A stretch of DNA of 64,000 bases, taken from positions 1,386,606 to 1,450,605 of the forward strand of contig MU004196.1 in the NCBI GenBank assembly GCA_010093605.1, given 5' to 3'. The position numbers and the translations under genes were made by a program. Below the pieces are notes generated by a model. That model did no database searches. It saw nothing but the letters and a program-made list of their open reading frames with translations, and was not told where the DNA came from. Position 1 is the stretch's first letter. The number at the start of each line of letters is the position of its first letter. The stretch comes from Lophium mytilinum. Taxonomy: Eukaryota. Shown in pieces: positions 12,224 to 23,043 of the stretch.

Positions 12224-12672
12224 TCACTGAATCACCCACTCCCTGTAGTCCGCGAGTACGAAGGTGCACATTATCGGACCGCGCGTGCCCTCCACATCCT
12301 GAACCGTGACTTGAAGCTGGCGGAGTGCGGGAAAGCTTCTGTCCTTCATCTTCTGTACGTCTCGGACCATCGGGATGAAGTGCTGGCAGTCAAACGATTA
12401 GCTACTGTTGCAAAAAGTTGTGTGCTGCTGGGCTCACTTACGCCGCTTAACGCCGAGCTCTCTGTCTTGATGTTGAGAGACGCGGTCTCGACGGACTCGT
12501 CGCGCACGAGCGCGAACTGGTCCATATAGTCGCCATACCAGACCGCATGCTTGAGGCGGAGATTGTAGAAGATGTTGGGGTGTCTGAGAGGTTTGAGTTG
12601 GGTGAGGTGCGCAGCAAGCGGGATGCGCAAGAGGACTTCGACGAAGGCCTGAGGACGGTTTGCGCTGACCAT
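12224..12672 (-). CDS. Unknown-family paralogue G (129 aa)
   Basis: Exons 12672-12442 and 12382-12224. Phase-0 intron GTAAGT..GCTAAT..CAG (59 bp). Exon 2 HFIPMVRDVQKMKDRSFPALRQLQVTVQDVEG...ADYREWVIQ*. Confidence 0.65.
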
Positions 12673-13099
12673 CGTGGCGTGATTTAGTTGACGATATGGC
12701 GGTGTTTGAGAGGTTTGGATATTGGTGCGGGTGTGGAGTCGTGAAGCTCTTAGTCGTCGAGCGTTGGCTGTGTGTTGGTTGTGAGGTGTTGGTGCAGTGA
12801 CCGAGCGTTGCTCCAACTTTATTCTCTCTTTAGGTTTAAGTGAAGCGAGAAGGCAGGGGTCGCAAGCCTCGCTGCCACCCGCTCCATCAGAGCGGCGAAG
12901 CGGAAATAGTCGGCAGGTGCCTCAGACGGCGTCATCCAGCCGGCAACTAGCGCCAATGTGCATACTTCTGATTCAGGTGCTCTGATATCGCATATAGCTG
13001 ACAGCATCAATAGGAGGAGTTGGAGTATATGTTGAGGTACTTTGCGCTGGGAGAATCCATAGCTGTAATTTGAAGAGACTGATCATCGCAACATCAATC

Positions 13100-13530
13100 G
13101 AATCTTCTTGTATGTTTAGAGCACCCCTAACGCCGGTGTCAAGCGTGGAAAGCAACAGCTTCAATACGTACAGCTTAGTATATGTCATGACCTCCAGATC
13201 AATTCCGTTATTGAGGGCACCTCTGAGGGTGACATTGAATAATGACATAGCAGGTTTGCAATCTATAGACCTAAGAACGTGACATCGACTTCAAATAAAA
13301 TCAACTGCACAGGGCACTCCTGACGGTGTTGTGAATCCACGACATACCACAGTCTCATTTCAAAGACTATGCTTTATAACATAGCTCTTGGATTGTTTTT
13401 GACGGCTGAGAGCACCTCTGACGACATCGTCAATGCAGGAAACCCCTTCGTTCAATCTGAACTGCTATGAGTAAGCCGTAGCTCCTGATTTTGCTTCGTC
13501 TACTAGGACACCTCAGACAGCGGCATGTGG
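13100..13530. repeat. Very degenerate ~97-bp periodic repeat
   Basis: RGGCACCYCTGA-like anchors at about 13119, 13213, 13311, 13409 and 13505. Confidence 0.45.
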
Positions 13531-13706
13531 CTTGCAAAAGGGAGTCTAGACTCATCTAATTAGCACTCCGCTTTCAATGGTCACATATGTCACATAGATA
13601 TTGAAGGATGTGTTGTGAAAGCCACCAAAACAGGATCTTCTCTTCTCGCCAGGCACAGGGGCCACTACCGGCAGTTCTACCTCATCTTCTCCACCCTCTA
13701 CCTCCC

Positions 13707-14343
13707 CTATTCCCGCCCAAACAACCGAGGTCTTCCCCAGAGCGTCTCATCCCGTCGCTGCTTCTTCGGCACATGCTCGAATGACTCCAACAAGCACCAA
13801 ACATCCGGGCTCTCCGGGTCTCCAGGGTCCCGCACAAACGGCTCATACTCGTAATAAGCGGTCCGTCGACCCGCGGCGTAGCTTGCATCACCGCCGACGT
13901 CTCGGACGGTGATGATGATCCTGCAGACGTTCACGCCCGCGCCGTTGGCCAGGGCGGCGATGGCTGCTGGCGCCGCGTCGGGGTTGGACTTGACCCAACG
14001 CGTCCACTACAAGAGGAGTTAGCTAGACGATTCGTGCGTTTTGGGTTGAGTTGGAGCTTACCTCCTGCCAGACGTTGCTGCTCGTGTACAGCGTGAGGTC
14101 TAGCTCATCCACCGCGGGGCTGTCGAGGGCTTCGAAGGGCGCGAGGGCGGCGGCGACGGACTCCCAATCTCGGACAGAGTAGGCGACCTTCACGGTCGTC
14201 TGGGCCTTGGTGGCCGGGGCAGCGACGAAGACGGCGAGCTGGTCGAGGGAGAGGGTGCGTTTCTCGGCGGCGAGCTGCAGGACGCGGGGCTCGGCCAGCT
14301 CGAGGAGAGGAAGGGGTGGCGGTGGTGGCAGCATGGTCGACAT
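13707..14343 (-). CDS. Unknown-family paralogue H (~193 aa)
   Basis: Exons 14343-14062 and 14006-13707. Phase-0 intron GTAAGC..GCTAAC..TAG (55 bp). Motifs LSLDQLAVFVAAPATK, TTVKV, VNVCRIIITVRD, AYYEYE. Confidence 0.75.
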
Positions 14344-15419
14344 TTTGAAGATGGGTGGAGACGGCGTGCGGAGGTTTGTGTGATGTGGTGCCTGGAGCGA
14401 GGAAGATCTGGCTGTGTGGACTTTTGAAGGAAAGGCAAGGTGCACGGTTGCCCTAGGCTTGCACCTTCACCCAGACAGAATGTTGGACGAGTGAAGCGAC
14501 TTCTATCCTTCTTATTGCCGCCATTCAGAATAGCTGGCTAGCCAGTCGGTTGGCCCCTGAAACCCAACTGATGGGACATTCTTTGGCAGTAGCGCTGGCG
14601 AACACAGCGCCTCCTGGCGGCATTGGAGCGTATATGAACATTTGGATGCTTATGCTTAATTTAATATAGCTTTTGACGGGCATTTATCACAGTAAAGAGA
14701 TCAGGCCGCCATGAATCGTGTCTAGCCAGTATATCTGCTACTCGTACTTCACACACCCGACTCATTCGCCCCTCGAACAGCTACGAGAGCGCATGCCCTA
14801 GAGCTCCACGAGAGGGCGTCGTTCAGCATTCGCAACCGTCGCCTCCTCCTGCACAAGCTCCGCTCATTGCCATTATACCCACCCGTCTCGCCGTTTTATT
14901 TCTCTTCAAGATCAAACCCATGCTTCTCATCCACCTCCGGCGATCCCCCCTGCCACAGGGACGTCTTATGCTTCTCTCGCCTTCTTCGCGCCCCGAACTC
15001 AATCCAGATATACCAGATCGCGTCCTCAATACCAGGCTCCACTCACAATCGCGCGCCACCAGTCCCGAATGGTGCTCCAAGCCCACAGGACTAGTATGGT
15101 CCGGCCGCGCCGCAATCCGCATAGACCGCGTCAACAACTTCGTCTCCCCCTCCGCCTGCGTTCAAGCCTGCGTCCCCCAATCCGTGCACACGCGCCCCTT
15201 CATCCCCGGTACCTCTCCCCCATCTCGCGGCATGTAACCCAAGACGGGTCATTCGTAAAGTTAGCCGCTCCCGGGGAGGCTGCGACGAGTAGCGATGCGA
15301 GCGCAGCGGCGGCGGAGGCTGCGCCAGGGGTTTGTCCAACTCTACCTGGGCCGGGGGGAAGTTCATCGTTCGCGGGTATGTAGTGTGAAAGTTGCGTCCG
15401 TCGAGGGTCGGCGGGTTTG

Positions 15420-15834
15420 CTAACCATATATTTGCGTCTTGCTACTCCGCGCGTCGGGGAGACGCGGGTAGGGGGTTGTTGGCAAGGGGGAGGCGACGGA
15501 GGTGTGTTTCTCGTGTGACGGTTGCGGGAGCAGAGCGCTCTCGAACTCAGCTGTATTCCCTACGGATGCGCGCTTGAAGGCGTCAATTGGATGATAGAAC
15601 GGGAGAGACAGGACCCAATCCCTGGCGGTTTCGTCAGCGTTGGCGTTGACGTTGGCGTTGGCGCTGCTGCCGCCGCTGCCATTGGCGTTGAAGTTGTGAC
15701 CTAGTCGCATTAATGCAGAGCGGTAATATTGTAGAGGCCTAGAGATATTAGATGGAGGAGATGGGAGCGGAGGAGGAGGCCGGCGGAAGCGTAGGCCGGA
15801 TTCGTTTGCTACTCGCCCGCGGTGATCAGGTTCC
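15420..15834 (-). CDS. Possible low-complexity exon of an unresolved gene
   Basis: Open frame after an acceptor-like CAG: EPDHRGRVANESGLRFRRPPPPLPSPP...NANANVNANADETARDWVLSLPF...TQIYG*. Codon-phased GCCAAC repeats. No full model resolved. Confidence 0.3.
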
Positions 15835-18800
15835 TGTCATTGACAAAGTAGAAGGGGTAGGCGTCTCCGGAGAGGCGGGAGAGAACTAAATGCTCATACT
15901 TTCCGTGGTCTTGCGAAGATTGGCGTGAGGATAGACGTGATGCAACACAGGCAGACGCGAGCTCGCGGCTGGAAATGGACGGGAGACCTGCGGCAACCCC
16001 TTGCGTGATGCCTGGTGGAGGAGTTTCGGAGCCTCGAGCATGCGGAGGCAAAAATAGATCTCGGGACGAATGTAGAAGCCTGTAAGATGTTGAGAGTATG
16101 TCGTTTGTGACGCATCCTATTGCTGAAGAACTGACCCTGTGTGTCGCCGGCAGGCCCACGGTCGGCAGTCGCCGTGACGACTTCAATGTTGCAGAGGTTG
16201 AGAGAAGGCAAATGACGAGAAGGTGGAAGCCGAGTCTGTCAGAGTAATGCGCATGCGGTAATCTCATCACTGCAAGATGGTGCTGGTGGCCGTGGTGTTG
16301 AGGTCCGCCCGCGCACAACCGCCTCGTGCACTTGCGGGTGGAGAACACTCCTGGCGATTGACAGAGGGCTTTGCAATCAAAAGCACCCATCGGCTGGGGA
16401 TACTGATGTTTGTATCTAAAAGGAAATGGTCGGTCAAGACCCTAGGGAGGGCTTGCGGCTCTATGGTGTTGAAGTGGCAGACGCCCACCCCCCGGCTCGC
16501 CACACCACCCGCAAGCCCCTGAGCGCCAGCTTCATCACCACCACAACTCCACAGCTTCAAAAAAGAATAGCACAACAACGCAACGTCTACAGATAGAGCT
16601 ACATACATAGAATCAAAAGCAAAAAAAGGTTTTCCTCATTAGGACTCAAAGCGCCATCGCCTTAGCGGGACTCGAACCCGGCATGTTACTATGATAGACG
16701 TTAGCACTGTTTCAATCCCACCCTCACCACGGTGGTGAGGGCGGAGGACGGTCGAAAATATATCAAATATATACCTAGGAAACAAGTCTGTGCGGGGTGT
16801 AAGCTACTGGGACGGGAGTCGGGATCCCGGAGCTCGCGGCTGGTCAGTGACCGACGCGTCCCGAACCCCCACCACGGCAGCTTCGTCGCTACGGGAGGTG
16901 TTATCGGGTGCGAGCTTGCACCACCCTTGCCGTGCCGGCGCGAGTTGTGCCACTCGCTATGCATGCATCCACGCAGCCCACCGATACACAGATACAGAGT
17001 GCAATGCCTCAACGCCTCCGGCTCGAACGCTCAGTTTTGATCAACGGAACTACTAGCAGCGCTCCTACATCAGTCTCTTTATCAACTCGCACAGCTCACA
17101 GGGGAATCACGGGCGCAACGTCTCGCCGATGCTAGGCCTGCGACACGCAGGCAACCGCCCACCACCAACATGCGGCACGCTACGGGCAGAACAAGCTGAG
17201 TACATACCACACCTCCTTTTGGTACAGAACACGCCCGAAATGACTCATGGCGTGTGCTTCCAGGAGCCTTTTCGCCACGGGACTTGACCATCGCTGACCT
17301 TGTCCGCCTGGCTCTAGGACTCCTGATGGCCATTCTCCCTAGAACTCTTCGACAGACTCCTACTTTGTGACGGTTTTGGGCAGGCTACACATTTCGGCGT
17401 ACTCGGGCTCCATTGCTACTTGTGGCCCCATTGCGCTACAAGTCGCCGCACAACAACTCGCCTTCACATAAACACTCGCCGCAACACAATCAAGAGCACA
17501 GCAATACCACAACCACTACGCTCTTCCGCATACCCAGGCCAAAGCCCACGCGCAGTATCAATCCATACACAAGGCAAACTCAGCTGCCGCTGGAGTGAAC
17601 GTCTTTCGGCAACGAAACTGCTCCTACCTATGGTGCTCGGTCTTAAAAAATGGTGTTTCTGGTCTCACATTTACGACCCAGCAATTTAGTACTCTAGATA
17701 CTTTCTCCTTAAATTCATTAACCTATCTTCACGTTTACTCCCGTTCTAAGTCACTTTAGATGCATTTCGCCGAGGTCCAAGAATACCTGCACCTCCACAA
17801 TGAGAGCGGTTTCTTACCAATCGGCATGAAGACCACAGTCAAGCACTTTCAATTCTATGAAGCCGCAGTGTCATAAAGTAGTAGGACCTTTTCGATGGAA
17901 AGAAAACCCCAGGGTGGGGGAGTAGCTATTGTAGAGCGGGGATGGGATTTGCGGTACTCGAAATGCATGCATATATTGATTCCGCGTATCTTCAACACTT
18001 CATTTCCAAAGTTCACCGCGCTCTCCCAGTCGCTTTCCATGCTGTGCGCTAGTTCTATAGCCCGTGTGCCGTCTTAAGAACCCCCCTGAGTAGCGTGAAG
18101 GCTGATATCCCAGAGAATTCACTATTATAAAATCGCCTTCTTGACTAATTCGTGAAATTAAAATATACTGACCTTCACGTTGACAGTAGCATTGCATCGA
18201 ACACCTCGATGAAGACATGTCGTCCGAACAAGCATTGACGCTGACTCGGAACCATGTCGGCGCCGAGTCATGTCGAGCCGGATGTCGCTTCCGTCTGAAC
18301 TTCGCAACGTCAACCCTCGAACCTGACACCATCATCCCCATCTTCCCCATCTTTCATCCATCAACAACGTCAATTGCATCAAGACACTGCGCATGAGAGC
18401 ACCGGAGCGATAGCGAGTATATTGGTCAACGAAAACGTCGTGCAGCGCGATGAACGCGACACCGAGACCCCCGGGAGCGGTAGGACACGGAGGAGCCTGA
18501 AAGCCCTCGACATGTCTCTTGCTCATCGAAAACCATCACTCTTTTAAACACAGCACTTCTCCGTAGTTGATAGTCGTAGCTGGGTGGCCCTGGTAGCGTC
18601 AGGTAGGTCTTTCTCTATGTCTTTTCCGAAGCTCCGAGTCCTATGCCATCGTCAGCGCCAATTCCCCCAATCTGATTAGTGCTGTCGGTGCACCTTAGAC
18701 CGGTGCATCACGCTCCTACTTCGCTGTCTTCATCGCTTCGATTCTGCCTTGTGAGGTAAATAGGCGTTGTATATCTCTCTCGAAGCTTGTCGTATTATCG

Positions 18801-20139
18801 TAGTCAGTACGGAAGACCAGGACCTCTTCCATAGCGGACATTTGTGCTTCTTACATTCTTTCCAAGCTTCGAGTCTCCTGTCTTCCGCCGTTGTCATGGG
18901 AATCAGTTTAAATCCATCCCTGGATCCACTCCTGACGTTGGCAACACGGTCCTATCCAGCGATGCTCATCAGCCTAATTCAGAATTGCGCGGTGGAGGGT
19001 CGTCGTGATTCTAGTTCGGCCCATGCCTTCTTCAACGAAGCGTGTAATGTTAGTGTCTTCTCCATCATTATCTCATCAAACCTGCTTTTTCCATCCATCT
19101 CAACTCTTGATTCTTCGGTCATAAACCCTCCCATTCCATCTAATTTCAAACCACGTCATTTTCCACCCCTGGCGGTGCCAACATCTCCATACTCGGTCTA
19201 GCTTGCAGCACCCTGAATCTGCTTCTCTGTCAAACTACGGCGGAAACGCGGTTTTGTCGGCGAATGCGAGTGCCCTTCAGTCGAATCCTCGAGCCGTCCC
19301 GTCAGGCTTCTTGGTATCCGCAGCTTGACCGACCACATGTTCGTAGCAATTCGGGAGAAAGGCTATGAGGTTCTTCAAACCCTTGAAATCCGCCGACGGA
19401 CCAGCAATCTAATTCCCGGCGATACAACGATGGCCTCGTAATGCAGTACCAAACTCCACAGCGATCCACCCCGGACGGCGGTAAGCACTCCTGGCTCAGG
19501 TCGCTATCATGTCTTCAATTCATGCTCCTTGGCCGGACACACATCAGTGAGTGCTTGGAACATACTGCGAAGGGGCCTTTGAACTTTCCGATGCGTTCAT
19601 TTAGCACTAGGCTAGTTCGGGGCGTGTAAGGTATAACTTTGTGGGCTCGTTTCGTTTTCTCTCCTGCTCCACCTCTGACGCCGTTATCTTTCTGCTTGTC
19701 AACCTTCTGTCGTTTCTCTGAATTGGCCTTCTTTGCTTGTTACATGCGTGTCTATTTCCCCGAATAAGACGGAGAGTTCCTTGAGCCTTCCAGATCTATT
19801 CCTCGAGCAAGATCCCAAGTCCCGGCGTGCTGAGCTTGACATGGTAGGCGAATTTCATTCCTTGAGCTGGGCCACCTCCGACAGCGCTATCGGTGTCCGT
19901 GCTAGCCCACGTCAATGCTCTCAATTCGTTATGATCAGCCTCTCACGTCGTCAACGCTGCTCGTTGAGTACCCCGTAAGTCCCTTCGAGTCTCTCAGAGT
20001 CACCGTTTCGTAGGTAGCTCGATATCCATCGGTGTGGCCTTTACATCATGTCCTAAACTGTGGTTTGCCAGATTTCCGCTCCAGACGGTGCCATCTTCCT
20101 CCAAGCTAGTGCCTCGGGAGTCAGTGTGGACAACAGACT

Positions 20140-20960
20140 TCTTTTTGACTAATTAGCTACCTGCTAGCTGGAGTAATCCATACAGCGGTATTGACCGACC
20201 AAGAGCGAAGCCAGAGCGACGAGAGAACGAGGCTGGAGTAGCGCGATATCCGTTCGTTCATCTTTCTCATCGGGCAGTGGAATCAAGCTACCTTTTGACT
20301 CGTCGGCGACCTGCTCGCTGGGGCAACTCCTACAGTGCTACCGAGCAAGCAAGACCAGAGCACGACGAGTGGTATATCGATTGCGCAACACCCTCGACTT
20401 GATCGTGAAGGTTGGTTTCTCTTCGTCTCAAAGGTAGTGCGATTTCTGAGCTCCGGATCTTGACATCACAGGGGAGAACTTTGGATGAGCTATTGCTCTC
20501 CTGCCACCGCTGTCTTGCTGCCCATAAGTTGTTGGCCTGGCTTCGTCGTCGTCGTCGTCGTCTAGGGTTCATTGAGGTCCTCCAGGGTAATCCATAACAA
20601 GGGATCCACTAACCGCATCCCACCCCAAGTCCCGTTCCACAACCGTTGTCCTTAGGAATGTTCGAGGAGGCGTTGGGGAGGGTACGGGACCGAGTAGAAG
20701 ACTGGACATTTCAAAAAGATATTGAAACCCAAGAAGAATCTCAACATGAATCCGATTACCTTTTGGCGGGTTAGCTACCTGCTAGCGGGGCTGCTCCCCA
20801 CAGTGGCGTTATGCAAGCAGGAATGAAGCTTGTGGGGTAGAATATCGGTAGGTGAGATGACAGGCTGATGTAATCAAATTTAGCCTACCTTTTGACGAGC
20901 TGACTACCTGTTTGCTGAGCTACTCCTCACAGCGGCATCAAGGAAGCAGAAATAAAGCCT
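20140..20960. repeat. Four degenerate ~70-bp repeats in two pairs
   Basis: CTTTTGAC..GCTACCTGCTAGC..ACAG(C/T)GG-like units at about 20141, 20290, 20758 and 20887. Confidence 0.6.
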
Positions 20961-20995
20961 TTTTGATGGGATTCATGCAATCAAGTAGTATGCAA

Positions 20996-21292
20996 TTACG
21001 CGACAGCGGCGGGAGCGGACTGGTGTTTCTTGTCGTCCTTAACGGCCGTTTCCCGGACGAATTTTAAAAAGCCGGGGATTTCGAAAAGCAGTCCGCCGAC
21101 GATGAGGAGGACGAGCATGGTGCCGTATCGGCGCCATTTTCTTCTTAGTAGACACCCTCTCGGCCCAAGACCGTCGTCCGCTCGCTCCAATCCTGGTGAG
21201 GCTGGCACCGTAGCGCCCACCAATGCTTCTTCGTCTGTCGGGATGTATCTTACCATCTCGAGGACTTCCGCGAACTGGACAGTTTGGGCCAT
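20996..21292 (-). CDS. Small putative single-pass membrane protein (98 aa)
   Basis: ATG-initiated ORF. Basic RRKWRR is followed by hydrophobic MLVLLIVGGLLFEIPGFL. No family recognised. Confidence 0.5.
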   Translation of the reverse strand: MAQTVQFAEVLEMVRYIPTDEEALVGATVPASPGLERADDGLGPRGCLLRRKWRRYGTMLVLLIVGGLLFEIPGFLKFVRETAVKDDKKHQSAPAAVA

Positions 21293-21389
21293 GCTTGCGG
21301 GTTGTTCGGGATGTGGTGGGCTTTGGGTTGGGATAATAAAATGGAAGGTGGAGGCGGTAGAGGCGAGCGCTTTGGAAGTTGCATGTCTA

Positions 21390-22500
21390 TTGGCGTTTCC
21401 CGATTCTACTGCAGGGCCACTCCTGACGGCGGCAAAACGGTGCTACCACCCCATTCCAGGCCAAAGTCAGATATCCGGGGTAGCAAATGCGACGTTGTTT
21501 GATTCTCCGATTCTTCTACCAAGCCACCCCTATCATCACCATCACCACGGTCCTAAGCTCTTCTCTGGGTACTACAATGTCCGAGCTACCGAACCTGACT
21601 TCGGCTCAGGTTCACAGTCTACTGCTGGGCCGCTCCCGACGGTATTGAAAAGGTACGCCTGCCCACTTTCAAATTATCTTCAGATACCCGAGGTAGGATC
21701 TCTGACATTGCTGCATTTATTAATCCTATCGCTGAGCCACCCCTGCCATTGTCATTAGCACGTTCGCAGCCTATCTTCTAGGATGGTTCAATTTCCAAAG
21801 TAGCAAACCTAGCATTGGTTCCTTGCCCCAGTCTCCTGCTGAGCCACCCTTGTCACTGCCATCAACATACTCCTGAGCTCTTTTCTGGGGTCGTCCAATT
21901 GCCGGGGCAGCGGACCTGACATTGTTTCTTTTTTCAATTCGACAGCTGGGCCACCCCTGCCACTGTCATCACCATACTTCCAAGCTTCTTTCCGGTATAA
22001 TCCAATTTCCGTGGCAGCGAACCTGACATCGCTCATTTTCTCCGTTCTCCCATTGAGCCGCCTCTGCCGCTGTCATCACCACCTCTCCAAGCTCTCGTTT
22101 GGGGTTGTTCAATATCCAAGGTAGCGAGCCTGACATCGTTCCTTTTTCCAATCCTACAGCTGGGCCACCCCTGCCACTGTCATCACCGTGGTCCGAAGCT
22201 TCTTTCTGATACGGTCCAATATCCGCGGTACCAAACCTGACATCGCCCATTTTCTCCACTCTCCCGCTGAGCCGCCTCTGCCATTGTCATCACCGTGTTT
22301 CCAAGCTCTTTTCCGGGGTTGTTCAATATCCGAGGTTCCGAACCTGACATCGACCGTTTCTCTGATCACACTGCTAGGCCACTCCAGCCACCGTCGTCTT
22401 GATGTTCCTAGGCTCTTTTCGAGGTAGTCCAATATCGGCCGCGACGGTCTTGACATCGTATGCCTCTCGCGAGTCGTAAGTTGAGCCACCTCAAACGTTA
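21390..22500. repeat. 107-bp tandem array, ~10 units, with 214-bp dimeric higher-order structure
   Basis: CTGACAT anchor (with variants) at 21489, 21595, 21702, 21809, 21916, 22023, 22130, 22237, 22344 and 22450. Confidence 0.85.
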
Positions 22501-23043
22501 TCAACCACTCCGCAACCAGCTTCCTTCGATATCCTAATTCTCACTCATCAGTAGTCAAGCATCAAGTTCACGTCTCACATCAGCCTCTGATCAAACGCAG
22601 ACAGAAACAAGCTTCATTCCAGCCCCGCAGGGCGCACCGTCTACTCCGCACCCATCCCCGCAAAGACACCCCCAACGCCCGCACGAAACCCACAAAAACA
22701 CAAAACTGCATCACCGATTAGCACGCATCCTCCCTCTCACACCTTCTCCAAGAAAGACTTACAAAAACCCGCAAAACTCCACGCCTCGGCACGCCAGCCA
22801 CCAAGGAATCCAGAAAGTCGGGTCGCTCCGAGCGCCTTACAGACCCCCCTACCTACCCTACCTCCCACCACCCCCAGCCACTCTTGTAACCAGCGCCCGC
22901 ACCCGACAGCGTGCCCCCTTCGGGCACAAAGGCCACCCGGACTCGCACGCCGCGGGATTGAAGCGCTGGCCACGAAGAGCTGCGGCTAGGAGCAGTAGGA
23001 GGAGGGGAGGTTGGAGGGCCATGCGCGGTGTCCGGGGGCGCGG

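Noticed and set aside
16640..16760. tRNA gene
   Set aside because: Only a T-arm/B-box is present. No acceptor, D or anticodon arm could be built.
18000..19950. Decayed minus-strand coding-like sequence (e.g. EMDGKSRFDEIMMEK..WKECKKHKCPLW with stops)
   Set aside because: No recognisable domain or consistent model. It cannot be supported without TBLASTN.
21809..22504. Repeat-protein ORFs or a CRISPR-like array
   Set aside because: The 107-bp period shifts frame every unit, whole units are homologous with no unique spacers, and the context is eukaryotic.
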